Virus record (IMG/VR): IMGVR_UViG_3300011336_000712
Location: 1-27,734 of that record
Reading direction: 5' to 3' (one strand)
DNA: 27,734 bases
Source: a virus
Taxonomy: Duplodnaviria; Caudoviricetes
The notes under the pieces were generated by a model. The model was not told the DNA's origin. It saw nothing but the letters and a program-made list of their open reading frames with translations, and made no database searches. Within the stretch, counting starts at the first letter, position 1. Every line of letters starts with the position of its first letter. A program made the position numbers and the translations under genes. This document shows, piece after piece, positions 1 to 9,404 of this stretch.

Positions 1-288
1 GAGACCATAGTAATTATGAGTGCCAGACGTGTTTTTACCCCAGTTTGATTCGAGTGCCCATTGGGCAGCTACACATTCTGGATATTTTGCACCAGCGTCT
101 TTACCTGCTTTTAATACGCCTTCCCAAGTATTGGGGTAGGTCACTACAGGTTTTGGTTCAGTGCGATACTTAGTAGCAAAAGACTCCAGAGTCTCAGAAG
201 GAATCTGAGCCTGGAGCCATGCCCACGCATCGATTTGATGCGGTGCTTCTTTGAAGTAACGTGCCGCTTCGACAAGTTTGATAGACAT
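1..288 (-). CDS. Partial (runs off window) lysin with glucosaminidase/GH73-like domain
   Basis: Not in the ORF track. Hand translation from ATG 288: MSIKLVEAARYFKEAPHQIDAW...CVAAQWALESNWGKNTSGTHNYYGL. The AQxxLESxWG...NxxGL pattern is typical of GH73 enzymes. Confidence 0.75.
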   Translation of the reverse strand, partial: MSIKLVEAARYFKEAPHQIDAWAWLQAQIPSETLESFATKYRTEPKPVVTYPNTWEGVLKAGKDAGAKYPECVAAQWALESNWGKNTSGTHNYYGL

Positions 289-330
289 CGACCTAAAGCT
301 TTTTATTAACTCTAGGTCAGGTGTACCAAA

Positions 331-507
331 TCACTCGACGACTTCGGTCTCAGTAGTTTCCACGGGCTCTTCTGCAGCAAACTCAATGGTTTCCAGGAGT
401 TGACCGATCAGGTTACCAGCAAAAGCAATAAGGTTACCGTCACCAGTAGCACGTGCAGAGCCAAAGGAATTAATAGCGCTCACAAGTTGGCTTTTAGTGC
501 AGGCCAT
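331..507 (-). CDS. Small hypothetical protein (58 aa)
   Basis: ORF in the same orientation as its neighbours. ATG at 507 preferred; TATACT box at 529-534. Confidence 0.7.
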   Translation of the reverse strand: MACTKSQLVSAINSFGSARATGDGNLIAFAGNLIGQLLETIEFAAEEPVETTETEVVE

Positions 508-543
508 ATCAAACAAGTAACTTTAAAAAGTATAGCAAAAAAG

Positions 544-867
544 TTACCAGGGCATACCAGTAGCGGAGGTAGGGTTTACCTTCTGTTGAATTTGATTGTG
601 AAGTGCTTCTTCGATAGAAACAACTTGATCAACACCAAGAGCAGCAAAAACCCAATCCACAACTTCTTCCTTGGTCAGTTCACTGAAAGGAGTGAAGCTA
701 GCGGGGTCGGGATCACCAAGACCGATGCTGCCATAAGCACTGGCAGTTTCACCGTCTTCTTCCAGGGAAGCAGTCCAATGTACTGTGTAAACAGCACCAT
801 CAGGACAAGTTTCACCATCGGGAAGATGACGCTCAAGTTGAGCAATGTCCCAGGTAGTGTTAGCCAT
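544..867 (-). CDS. Small acidic tail-fibre-associated protein
   Basis: Directly downstream of the tail fibre. The WxIxxLER...VxTVHW...FTPFSELTKEEVVDWV...GMPW pattern resembles small proteins that follow aquatic phage tail fibres. Confidence 0.6.
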   Translation of the reverse strand: MANTTWDIAQLERHLPDGETCPDGAVYTVHWTASLEEDGETASAYGSIGLGDPDPASFTPFSELTKEEVVDWVFAALGVDQVVSIEEALHNQIQQKVNPTSATGMPW

Positions 868-916
868 AGTAAATGTTTTTTCTTATTCTAACCCTAGACA
901 CATAAGTGTCAAACTA

Positions 917-3265
917 CTAGCTCAAACGGTAGGTGACAAAGGTGTTAGCAGCCGTTCGTCGTGATGCAAAGCGACCAGACGTGCCTGTAGCAACAGAACC
1001 GGAACCAACAACAGTGTGGGCAGTACCTGCCAATACACGCACCAGGCTGGGACCAGTGTTAATCACACTCCACTCAAAGGTAAAGTTGTCGTAAGTGCTG
1101 CTGAAACCAGCTTGAGTGTCTGTGCCAGTAGGCAACGTCATGTCAGTCGCTGCCGCTGAGGTGCTGGTGATGATGCCAGCTTTTAGGTTTGCGACTGTAA
1201 GAGTTGCAGTGGCATTAACTGCTGCAGGAGCGGGCTGGTCATGCGCAATTACACCGTCATTAGTGATACGGAAACGCTCCGTCGGGGAACTAGCCCCATC
1301 CGCCGTAGTGGAGAACACTAGCCTGCCCGGCATGTCATTCAGGCCAGGGGCGCCGTCTACAAAACAATCAATACGTGCGGCTATCGTGTAGCCAGAGCCG
1401 TCGTAACCCCTGAAACTGAAAGTTGCAATGTTATCGGCGCTTCCGAGAATTGAAGGGGTCGCTCCTGTTCCACGAGACCCAAACATGTTAATGATGCTGT
1501 GCTCTGTACCAGCGTCTCTGTTGGCAACAATATTTAGACCAACAAAACCATCGCCTTGCATTCTTACAACGTCATCGCCTGAGCCTTTAATCTGTAACAA
1601 CCCTGCGCCAAGACTCGTAGACGTACCAACTAAGAGCCTGCCGAAGCTGTCGATGCGGGCACGTTCGGTATCATTGGTTCCAAACGTCAAAGCAGCATTT
1701 GATTTATTGGTAATTGTTGCGCTTGCGTCATTAAAGCTTATTAATGTCAAAGCTCCGGTTAGCCCGCTTCTCCCCCCTCCATTGGCTACAAAATAGGCTG
1801 CATAGCCAGATCCCGCAGTGTTAAGCAGTACATTGTCGTCTGCACTTGCATTAATATGCAGCTTGTAAGCAGGACTCGCAGTGCCAATCCCTACATTGCC
1901 TCCTGGTAGAAGTGTAATTATGTTGAAGTCGGTGGTATCACTGCTTATTCTTGCGCCAATCCTTAAATCGTCAGCTCCACTTGCGCCATTAACAAAAAAA
2001 CGTCTGCTTGATCCACCAATAACAAAACGAGAACCACCTGCTTGGTCAATATTTAGCGTCGCCCCGCCGCCAACTGTCCCAGGCGTACTAGTCCCTATGC
2101 CTAGGCGGCCTGAGGAGTCGATGCGGGCAAATTCGCTCGTGGCATCATTAAACGTGATTTCTGTGGCGTTGATCTTTATCCTATCTCTATCATTGCTGCC
2201 AATCTTTAATAGACCAGTTGTTCCGCCATCAACGTAAGAGTTGGTGGCTCCCGTCCCAGCCCAAAGCAAAGCGGCGGTAAAACGAGCGTTTCCAACAACG
2301 TGCAATGGCTGGTTAGGGACCGAAGTCCCCACGCCCACGAGCCCTGCCGAGGTGATACGCAGGCGTTCTTGCAGAGAAGTAGCGGCCGAAGTAGCTCTTG
2401 TTGCAAATGCTAAATCGCCTGCTGTGTTGTTGCTGCCATCGGTTAGAAGACCTTTGATTGCAGCAAATCCAAGGCTATTTGCAAAGTCACCTTGATTATT
2501 TGTGAAGAGCAGCGCACCTCCTTCGCCTCCACTTGCACCAGTGCCGGAAAGGCGCAGCATCCCGCCCCGTCCTCCAGCATCCGTGAGGTTAGCCGTCGAT
2601 TGACCAACACCTGCAATGTGAACCTGAGCACGGATTGTTGCGGCCCCCACCCCGACATTCCCACTCGCATCCACGAACACGCGGCCAACCCCAGAGGAGC
2701 TGATGGCTAATTGGTCTGCGCCGGGTGAATAAATGCCTGTGTTAGGGTCCGTGGTAAAACTATAAGTAGGCGCAGATGCACTACCCAAGCTAACGGCTTC
2801 AATTTGGCCGGCAGCATCAACTCTTAAACGCTCAGTACCACTGGTAGTAATAGAAACCTGGTCGACAGCGGAAGCATATATACCAGTATTACTATCGCCA
2901 GCAAAACTAATTGACGGATTAGCCGCAGTGCCAGATGCAAATACACCGGAAGTGATGGTATAAATACCGCCGCTAATATTAGTAAAATTACCGCTTGCAA
3001 AATTTGCAGTAGTACCGGTAACAGTAGTGCCTGTAATGGTAGTGAATCCAGCGGTTCCACCTGTAAGAGTGGTAAATTGGCCGATGCCTCCAGTTACAGT
3101 TGCACCCGATACAAGAGTGCCACCTTGAATAATGTTGCCGGAAACAGTTCCAGTGACTGTTAAACTGCCGGATGTAGACGCAACAAGCCCGGATACTGTT
3201 ACTGTTTGATCGCTTCCACCGTTAGTGAAAACAATGTTATCGACTTTGATACTTCCGTATGGCAT
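917..3265 (-). CDS. Tail fibre / receptor-binding protein (782 aa)
   Basis: G/T/S-rich, with repeated ERxRIxxxGx(V/L)GIGTxxP and NTGIY...DQ modules typical of phage fibre shafts. Confidence 0.85.
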   Translation of the reverse strand: MPYGSIKVDNIVFTNGGSDQTVTVSGLVASTSGSLTVTGTVSGNIIQGGTLVSGATVTGGIGQFTTLTGGTAGFTTITGTTVTGTTANFASGNFTNISGGIYTITSGVFASGTAANPSISFAGDSNTGIYASAVDQVSITTSGTERLRVDAAGQIEAVSLGSASAPTYSFTTDPNTGIYSPGADQLAISSSGVGRVFVDASGNVGVGAATIRAQVHIAGVGQSTANLTDAGGRGGMLRLSGTGASGGEGGALLFTNNQGDFANSLGFAAIKGLLTDGSNNTAGDLAFATRATSAATSLQERLRITSAGLVGVGTSVPNQPLHVVGNARFTAALLWAGTGATNSYVDGGTTGLLKIGSNDRDRIKINATEITFNDATSEFARIDSSGRLGIGTSTPGTVGGGATLNIDQAGGSRFVIGGSSRRFFVNGASGADDLRIGARISSDTTDFNIITLLPGGNVGIGTASPAYKLHINASADDNVLLNTAGSGYAAYFVANGGGRSGLTGALTLISFNDASATITNKSNAALTFGTNDTERARIDSFGRLLVGTSTSLGAGLLQIKGSGDDVVRMQGDGFVGLNIVANRDAGTEHSIINMFGSRGTGATPSILGSADNIATFSFRGYDGSGYTIAARIDCFVDGAPGLNDMPGRLVFSTTADGASSPTERFRITNDGVIAHDQPAPAAVNATATLTVANLKAGIITSTSAAATDMTLPTGTDTQAGFSSTYDNFTFEWSVINTGPSLVRVLAGTAHTVVGSGSVATGTSGRFASRRTAANTFVTYRLS

Positions 3266-3310
3266 GATAACCTTTTTTCTTTATTTTACTGTACAAATAA
3301 ATAGATGCAA

Positions 3311-5098
3311 TTAGGGAAGAACCGTAATAGTGCCACGGATAATTAAACCGGCATCCCCTGAAATTACACCGGATGAAATCAATGCGGGCGTTGTGCCAGA
3401 TGGCGCGTTAAAAACACCTGACACAAAGTTTGCGCTGGTACCGGTAACCGTAGTTCCAGTAATAGTTGTAAATCCGGCAGTATTTCCCGTAATAACTGCA
3501 CCGGAGATTCGACTTGTAAATACTCCAGAAACACCGTTTACAGTGGTGAAGCTACCGATGTTACCAGTAACAGTTGCACCAGAAACACTTGACGCGAATA
3601 CACCGGTAACACTGGCAAGATCTGTAAAATTGCCCTTATTTCCTGTAACCGTGGCTCCAGAAAGACTGGTTGCACCAACAATAGTTTGGCCGGTAATTGT
3701 GGTAAATTGCCCGGCATTTCCGGTGACCGTGGTCCCAGAAAAACTTGTGGTTGCAACAATTGTTTGTCCGGTAACAGTAGCAAAATTTGCGCTATTTCCG
3801 GTAAACGTTACGCCTGAGACATAAGAAGTAAATACCCCAGAGATGCCTGTGATTACTGAAAAGTTGCCCGTATTACCTGTGACAGTAGCACCTGAAACAC
3901 TAGTTGTTCCAACAACGTCTTGTCCTGTGATGCTTGTAAAGTTGGCTGCCGTGCCTGTTACAGCAACACCAGATAAAGCTGAAGTGAATACTCCAGTTGC
4001 CCCAGTAACACTGGTAAATTGACCAATGTTTCCAGTAACGGTATTGCCAATTACTGTTGTACCAAAAACACTGGTAGTTCCATACAAAGTATCACCGGTA
4101 ACCGTAATAAATAACGCTGTAGTACCAGTGACCGTGGCACCCGAAACACTTGTTGTGCCGACAATAGTTTGACCGGTAATTGTAGAAAATCTGCCGGTAT
4201 TGCCAGTGACTGTATCCCCGGAAAGACTGCTTGTAAATACGCCTGTAGCACCGGTCAGTGTTGTGAATCTACCTGTATTACCTGTAACAACCGTGCCGCT
4301 TACCAAACCAGTCGCATATACACCAGAAGCAACATAAGCATTACCAAGAACCGTTAGGTCGCCGGATACGATGACGCAAGTAAAAGCAAGGTTTTCAAAC
4401 GCACCGCTTACGGCCGTAATGGTTCCACCGGGAATGCTTGCCCCATAAAGGTAAGAGCTGTAGACACCACTGGTAAAGTTTGCAGTTGTACCAGTGACTG
4501 TTGCACCTGTGATTCGAGTAAATGCAGCAGTTGTACCGGTAACTGTTGTGCCACTTAATGTGCCGGTTACCGTTAATCCCGAGCTAATAGCAACGTTACC
4601 ACCAACATTTAAGGTGCCGGCAACAGTTGCGTTTCCATTAACAGTCTGAGCGGCGGTAACAACAGATTGAAAATTACCCGTTGTTGCATTGACTGTATTG
4701 CCGGTGATAGTTGCGCCAGAGACCCTGGAGCTAAAGATGCCGGTCTGAGCGGTAATGGTGGTACCTGTAAAAGTAACGCCGCTGACAGTTCCGCTGACAG
4801 TTAAATTATTTTGTACTACAACACCACTAAAAGAAGCAAGGCTCGTGCCTGTAATAGTCGTTACGTATGTACTGCCACTGACAGTGAGATCCCCTTGAAC
4901 AATCAAGCCGCTGGTAATGACACCACCAGTGACTGGAATGTATTTAGTTGTAAGGTAATCCCTAAAACCTGAAACGGTAATACGTTTATTTTTTAAGGTG
5001 GGGTCAACTTCAAAGACGTGCACCATCGTGAGCAAATCCTGCTCAGCAATCTCGGATCCCGTAAGGATCGGAAGCTCAGATATACGTCTGTTTGCCAC
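3311..5098 (-). CDS. Repeat-rich tail fibre/spike-like structural protein (595 aa)
   Basis: N-terminal MANRRISELP...DLL attachment-type motif followed by T/G/S/V-rich tandem repeats. Confidence 0.75.
   Translation of the reverse strand: MANRRISELPILTGSEIAEQDLLTMVHVFEVDPTLKNKRITVSGFRDYLTTKYIPVTGGVITSGLIVQGDLTVSGSTYVTTITGTSLASFSGVVVQNNLTVSGTVSGVTFTGTTITAQTGIFSSRVSGATITGNTVNATTGNFQSVVTAAQTVNGNATVAGTLNVGGNVAISSGLTVTGTLSGTTVTGTTAAFTRITGATVTGTTANFTSGVYSSYLYGASIPGGTITAVSGAFENLAFTCVIVSGDLTVLGNAYVASGVYATGLVSGTVVTGNTGRFTTLTGATGVFTSSLSGDTVTGNTGRFSTITGQTIVGTTSVSGATVTGTTALFITVTGDTLYGTTSVFGTTVIGNTVTGNIGQFTSVTGATGVFTSALSGVAVTGTAANFTSITGQDVVGTTSVSGATVTGNTGNFSVITGISGVFTSYVSGVTFTGNSANFATVTGQTIVATTSFSGTTVTGNAGQFTTITGQTIVGATSLSGATVTGNKGNFTDLASVTGVFASSVSGATVTGNIGSFTTVNGVSGVFTSRISGAVITGNTAGFTTITGTTVTGTSANFVSGVFNAPSGTTPALISSGVISGDAGLIIRGTITVLP
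3428..4300 (-). repeat. About 11 tandem 26-aa (78-nt) coding repeats, consensus SGxTVTGNxGxFxxITGxTxVxTxSV
   Basis: Read from the translation, e.g. SGDTVTGNTGRFSTITGQTIVGTTSV and SGATVTGNTGNFSVITGISGVFTSYV. One unit has a 5-aa insertion. Confidence 0.85.
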
Positions 5099-5152
5099 CT
5101 ATTAAATCACAAAAACCCCATAAAATGAATTATAGTCGCAGTGTGTTTAACC

Positions 5153-5515
5153 CTATCGCGCTTTGATTTCAATGCGTGGCAGTACATTGGATGCAAAGTT
5201 CCAGGTGGCCTGTACTCCGGTTACCAGACCGCAAGCAATCGCAAACACAACGATCAGTTCGGCGACTGTTAAGTTGCGACGGACGTAGACAACGCTGGGT
5301 TGAGGAGCCGCAAAAGCAATTGGAGCACTTGGCACAGATGGCTTGGGAGCTAGCGCCTCTACCTGAGCTGCTTGGGCTGCCTGCTGTTGCAAGATTGTTT
5401 GACGCACAGCTTCATCGCGAGCACGTGCCTTCAGTTGTTCCAGGAAATCAGGCGGTAGCTCATAGCCCAACTCTTGGCTTTGAGGAGGAACACTAGAAGG
5501 AATTTGATCTTCCAT
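5153..5515 (-). CDS. Hypothetical membrane protein
   Basis: 120-aa ORF with one C-terminal hydrophobic segment (LIVVFAIACGLVTGV). Confidence 0.7.
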   Translation of the reverse strand: MEDQIPSSVPPQSQELGYELPPDFLEQLKARARDEAVRQTILQQQAAQAAQVEALAPKPSVPSAPIAFAAPQPSVVYVRRNLTVAELIVVFAIACGLVTGVQATWNFASNVLPRIEIKAR

Positions 5516-5564
5516 TTACTATGCAGAACGTTTTCCCACACCTTAGCATATAAACAAAAGAGGT

Positions 5565-5981
5565 ATGCCAATGAATCACGGCCTTAGAAAAGGATTAGAA
5601 GACATTGCCAAAGAACTAAAAGGCATACGGAATATCCTTGCTTCTATGTGGCATGCCCGCTATGCCAATGGAGAAACTGACATAGTCAATCCAGAAGCAT
5701 TTACCGATGAGTATGTATCGACAGAAGAATGTGCTCAACGTCTTGGGATCTCAGACCAAACCATTAGAAATTGGATTTCTTCCGGCAAGAAAAACCCTGG
5801 CAAAGGCTGGACCGAAGGCATCCATTATGTCAACGTGACTCCTGATCCCACCAAAAAAGCGGTCATTCGAATTCCATGGAATCAGTTGGTAGCTTCCTTT
5901 GCCAAAAATAAAGAAGTTACTCAGCTTGATTTCAGGAGAACTGATATGTATACGCTTGTTGACCGGGGGCCATTACCTTGA
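5565..5981 (+). CDS. Helix-turn-helix DNA-binding protein (excisionase/MerR-like)
   Basis: YVSTEECAQRLGISDQTIRNWI is a classic HTH signature. Confidence 0.75.
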   Translation: MPMNHGLRKGLEDIAKELKGIRNILASMWHARYANGETDIVNPEAFTDEYVSTEECAQRLGISDQTIRNWISSGKKNPGKGWTEGIHYVNVTPDPTKKAVIRIPWNQLVASFAKNKEVTQLDFRRTDMYTLVDRGPLP

Positions 5982-6448
5982 GGACACATCGCCTAGAAGG
6001 GGTTGATATTGATGCCATCACTATCAAGAACCACGAGGAGTTACTGCCTTCCTCTGTAGCACTGCAAGTCAATGACTTCTTGCCGCCCAGTGGCTCGTTT
6101 GATGATAAATGCCTCAGGCGTTACCTAGAAATCATCAGGAATTACGAAGAGGAAGACGCCAATTCCAATATGACATTGGCAAATCGGTTGCGATTGGCAT
6201 TTAAAGATATGCAACCAGACACAATCTGTGGTAAATTTCCGTTAGCTGAATTACCTCTTAAGCGTCGTTTACGTTGTGTAGCCGAATATTTAATTCGGTC
6301 CGGCGAATTTGATAAACTAAGAGACGAAAGGGGGAAGCTTGTCAAAAAACGTGGCAACCTTGGCAAGCTTGTTGTCATCTACCAGCCACTGCCAAAGCTT
6401 CTTGATTCTTTAAACCGACAGCACTTATTAAACCATGGGCAGGCGTGA
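5978..6448 (+). CDS. Hypothetical protein
   Basis: ORF overlaps both neighbours in an operon-like arrangement (TTGA overlap at 5978-5981). Start uncertain. Confidence 0.7.
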   Translation: MRTHRLEGVDIDAITIKNHEELLPSSVALQVNDFLPPSGSFDDKCLRRYLEIIRNYEEEDANSNMTLANRLRLAFKDMQPDTICGKFPLAELPLKRRLRCVAEYLIRSGEFDKLRDERGKLVKKRGNLGKLVVIYQPLPKLLDSLNRQHLLNHGQA

Positions 6449-6821
6449 AAAATTAATTGCGGCAACCATTGGTCCTGACATGGATCAAAACAAGGCACGC
6501 ATGTTGAATGCAACAGTGCGTTTAATTCTTGGTGACATGGGCCAGCAGTATTGTCAATTCTGGGAGCATAAAGGCCCAGGCGTGATGGTGTTCCAACCTG
6601 ACAACGAAGAACGTTCTATGTTCTTTTGGACACTCAAGGAAATCCACGGTGCACAAGAAGAGTGCGAACGAGGCAACAAAGGTGATTTAGCGGAAAGCTT
6701 CCGGCGTATTCTTGAAGCGGCACAAAAAATTGATCCAACGGAAAAAGCTGGTTATGTCATCAATGACCAAGAGGGCATCCGGTATTTCGAGGTTGATTAC
6801 AATAAGGTGTCGGAGGACTGA
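6435..6821 (+). CDS. Hypothetical protein
   Basis: 128-aa ORF coupled to the next gene through TGATG. Confidence 0.75.
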   Translation: MGRREKLIAATIGPDMDQNKARMLNATVRLILGDMGQQYCQFWEHKGPGVMVFQPDNEERSMFFWTLKEIHGAQEECERGNKGDLAESFRRILEAAQKIDPTEKAGYVINDQEGIRYFEVDYNKVSED

Positions 6822-7408
6822 TGTCAATTCCAGACATTAGAAAAAGCGTTGAAGACATTGAGCTAATCACCAACAAAGACTTGGTGCAGGCTGCTCACGC
6901 ACTACTTGGAAACATCGATCTAGATGTTGCCAGTTCCAAGGTGGCAAACGAGTATGTCAATGCCGACAAGTATTACACTCCACAGGATGACGCCATCAAC
7001 TGCCAAGATTGGTTCGGCAAGGTTTACTTGTTCCCTCCAAGCGGTACCTACTTCTGGGACAAGAAAAACGATAGGTGGAAAAAAACAAGAGCTACGTCTC
7101 CCACTTTGATTTCCTCTCATGCTCTTTGGTTTAAGAAGCTGTACGGTAATTGGTTAAACGGAAGTATTGAGCAAGGCTTGTACTTTACAAATTGCCTGGA
7201 AATGATCCGATATGACCAAAGGATCTTTGATTTTCCTATGTGCATTTTAAAGACGCCGCCAAGATTGTTTCGAAATTCAAGCACTGGTGTGACAGTTCAC
7301 AAAACGTGCACATCCTTCTTGGTGTATTTGCAACCAATGAATGATTCCGCTGCGGCCACCCAGAAATTTATTGACATTTACAGCGAAAAAGGCCGAGTGC
7401 TTGCCTAG
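6821..7408 (+). CDS. DNA N6-adenine methyltransferase-like protein with atypical catalytic motif
   Basis: IDLDVASS...YYT..DDA...DWFGKVYLFPPSG follows the phage Dam-like layout, but FPPS stands where NPPY is expected. Confidence 0.6.
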   Translation: MSIPDIRKSVEDIELITNKDLVQAAHALLGNIDLDVASSKVANEYVNADKYYTPQDDAINCQDWFGKVYLFPPSGTYFWDKKNDRWKKTRATSPTLISSHALWFKKLYGNWLNGSIEQGLYFTNCLEMIRYDQRIFDFPMCILKTPPRLFRNSSTGVTVHKTCTSFLVYLQPMNDSAAATQKFIDIYSEKGRVLA

Positions 7409-7441
7409 GTTCGATATACTGATAAACGATTGAAACGACCC

Positions 7442-8029
7442 ATGAGCATTCTTTGCGACCGCGAAATCAAGCAACTGGCAGAAACGGAAGAAATGATTAC
7501 GCCGTTCCAGGATCGTCTTGTAAGCGAAGAAGATGGGCGCCGTATCTTGAGCTATGGCCTTAGCTCATATGGTTACGACATCCGCTTGTCGCCCAAGCAA
7601 TGCTTGATTTTTGGCCGCATTCAAAAGGGTGATTGCGATCCCAAAGCGTTTGATGAGACAATTCTTACGCCTGCCGAATTGCTGGAAGACGAGAAAGGCC
7701 AGTACTTCCTGCTGCCTCCCTACGGTTACTGCCTTGGTGTGGCGCAAGAACGGCTTAAGCTCCCCAGGGATGTGACCGTTGTTGCGGTCGGCAAGTCAAC
7801 TTACGCACGGTCTGGGATCCTGGTTAACATCACCCCTGCCGAGTCTGGGTGGGAAGGTTACCTGACCTTGGAGATTAGCAATTGTACTGGGTTGTTTAAT
7901 CGCGTTTACGCAGATGAAGGCGTTACGCAACTGCTGTTCTATCGCGGCAACCCCTGTGACGTTACTTACCAAGACCGGAAAGGTAAGTATCAAAACCAGC
8001 AAAAGGAAGTTGTGCTTCCTAAAGCTTAA
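7442..8029 (+). CDS. dcd: dCTP deaminase
   Basis: MSILCDREI, SYGLSSYGYDIRL, GKSTYARSG, TPAESGWEGYLTLEISN and Y.DRKGKYQNQ are dcd family motifs. Confidence 0.93.
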   Translation: MSILCDREIKQLAETEEMITPFQDRLVSEEDGRRILSYGLSSYGYDIRLSPKQCLIFGRIQKGDCDPKAFDETILTPAELLEDEKGQYFLLPPYGYCLGVAQERLKLPRDVTVVAVGKSTYARSGILVNITPAESGWEGYLTLEISNCTGLFNRVYADEGVTQLLFYRGNPCDVTYQDRKGKYQNQQKEVVLPKA

Positions 8030-8331
8030 ACGAAATACTTGCCAAATTGCACGGCAGGTTTATCCGCATAATTTGTGCTCCCACCTCGGCCTATCCTGTC
8101 ACCACGGGAGGCTGATGTGGGTTCATTTATTTGACTTGACTGTTGAAATTTACCAGCTGCCTTAGCAGCACGGAAATACTTTGCAATCCCAGGTTGAGCT
8201 GCGTTTGAACGTTCGGCAACTCCACGTTCTTCTGGATCCAGGCGTCGAACGTCAATGTCGTATCCGTGCTCAGGGTTGAGATCACTAAGCTCAGCACCAG
8301 AGCTACCAGTGGTTACTCCACGTCGCTGCAT
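8026..8331 (-). CDS. Hypothetical protein
   Basis: ORF convergent with dcd. ATG at 8331 chosen because it follows an AT-rich leader. Confidence 0.6.
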   Translation of the reverse strand: MQRRGVTTGSSGAELSDLNPEHGYDIDVRRLDPEERGVAERSNAAQPGIAKYFRAAKAAGKFQQSSQINEPTSASRGDRIGRGGSTNYADKPAVQFGKYFV

Positions 8332-8396
8332 TTTAATATTTAGCCCACAATGTCCGTGATAATATTGTACTAGAGCCAACACAAAGGTTTTATATT

Positions 8397-8744
8397 ATGC
8401 ATCAATACAGGGACTCTGATCCGTTTTGGGATCAAAACGTTTACGACGAGGTGATGTGCCGTTGCCTGTCTCTTGAGACATTCGGTGCACCCCTCGCCAA
8501 TGAGGAAAATGATGTACCATTGTATGACATGTACAACCGAGGATTAGTTGCATGTCAGGACGACAGGCCGAGGACAAATCTGGCAATCGAGGGCGGACGG
8601 CCCGGAACGACGGGGCTGATTCCGTCAATGGAGGAAGCACTTTCCCAGTACCCAACCTCTTCTCCCAAGCCGAAAGCACTGGTGCTGGAACTGGAAGCAG
8701 TCCCCGAGAGGAAAAAAATCTATCCCTGCGCCGCAAGGGACTGA
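8397..8744 (+). CDS. Hypothetical protein (C-terminus uncertain, A7 run at 8712-8718)
   Basis: 115-aa ORF starting after an AT-rich divergent intergenic region. Confidence 0.65.
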   Translation: MHQYRDSDPFWDQNVYDEVMCRCLSLETFGAPLANEENDVPLYDMYNRGLVACQDDRPRTNLAIEGGRPGTTGLIPSMEEALSQYPTSSPKPKALVLELEAVPERKKIYPCAARD

Positions 8745-8817
8745 TGCGCTGAAAGACTGGAAAGATTTCTTCGCTCCAGTAGAAGAAAATACAGGTTGCA
8801 AGGATGGGGTTTGTCCT

Positions 8818-9084
8818 GTGCCATGGGCAAAACCCTCTTTCCTAACCGTAGAAGAACCTGTCGATCTGGTCAATCATCCCCCTCATTACGCTTCTGGTGC
8901 AATCGAGTGCATCGAAGCAATTGAGGCTCAGCTCACTCCAGAAGAGTACCGTGGCTACCTCAAGGGAAACTGCGTGAAGTATCAATGGCGTGAGCGCCAA
9001 AAAGGCGGTGTAGAGTCGCTGAAGAAAGCTCAGTGGTATCTAAACCGCCTTATCGCACTTGACGAATCAGCTCAGAAAGGCTGA
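8818..9084 (+). CDS. DUF3310-family phage protein (start uncertain; frame open from 8620)
   Basis: DLVNHPPHY...IECIEAI...GYLKGNCVKYQWR...KGGVESLKKAQWYL is the DUF3310 signature. Confidence 0.88.
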   Translation: MPWAKPSFLTVEEPVDLVNHPPHYASGAIECIEAIEAQLTPEEYRGYLKGNCVKYQWRERQKGGVESLKKAQWYLNRLIALDESAQKG

Positions 9085-9380
9085 AGGTAATCGTCTTCAT
9101 CATCTTCTTCGTCGTCGTCTGCAATGCAGGCGGCGGCGAGTTGTGCTAACTCAATATCGGTTGGATGCCCAAAGTCAATATCAATGTTTTCATCCGCCAA
9201 GATTTCCTTGACTGCTTGCCATTCCATCAGCCGTTGATGGTAAAGGTTCAGAAGAGCTGAGTACAGCTCATCCCAAGTCATTTCTTCGGCCTGTAATTCG
9301 GCCTTACGCATGGCAAATTGAAGTTCCAATGGAAGCTCAAAATGCTGTGGTTCTACCGAACGTTCCATTGATTCCTTCAT
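9072..9380 (-). CDS. nblA: NblA-like phycobilisome degradation protein with acidic tail
   Basis: LPLELQFAMR......EEMTWDELYSALLNLYHQ matches the NblA pattern LxLEQQFxxR...xMxxxQxxxxLxxLYxQ. Confidence 0.6.
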   Translation of the reverse strand: MKESMERSVEPQHFELPLELQFAMRKAELQAEEMTWDELYSALLNLYHQRLMEWQAVKEILADENIDIDFGHPTDIELAQLAAACIADDDEEDDEDDYLQPF

Positions 9381-9404
9381 TGGGTCAATAAAAGTATTCT
9401 AAGT

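Noticed and set aside
3330-4357. Plus-strand and alternative-frame ORFs within the fibre genes; possible CRISPR-like periodicity
   Set aside because: By-products of repetitive T/G/V codons. The repeats are coding and degenerate, with no constant repeat and unique spacer pattern.
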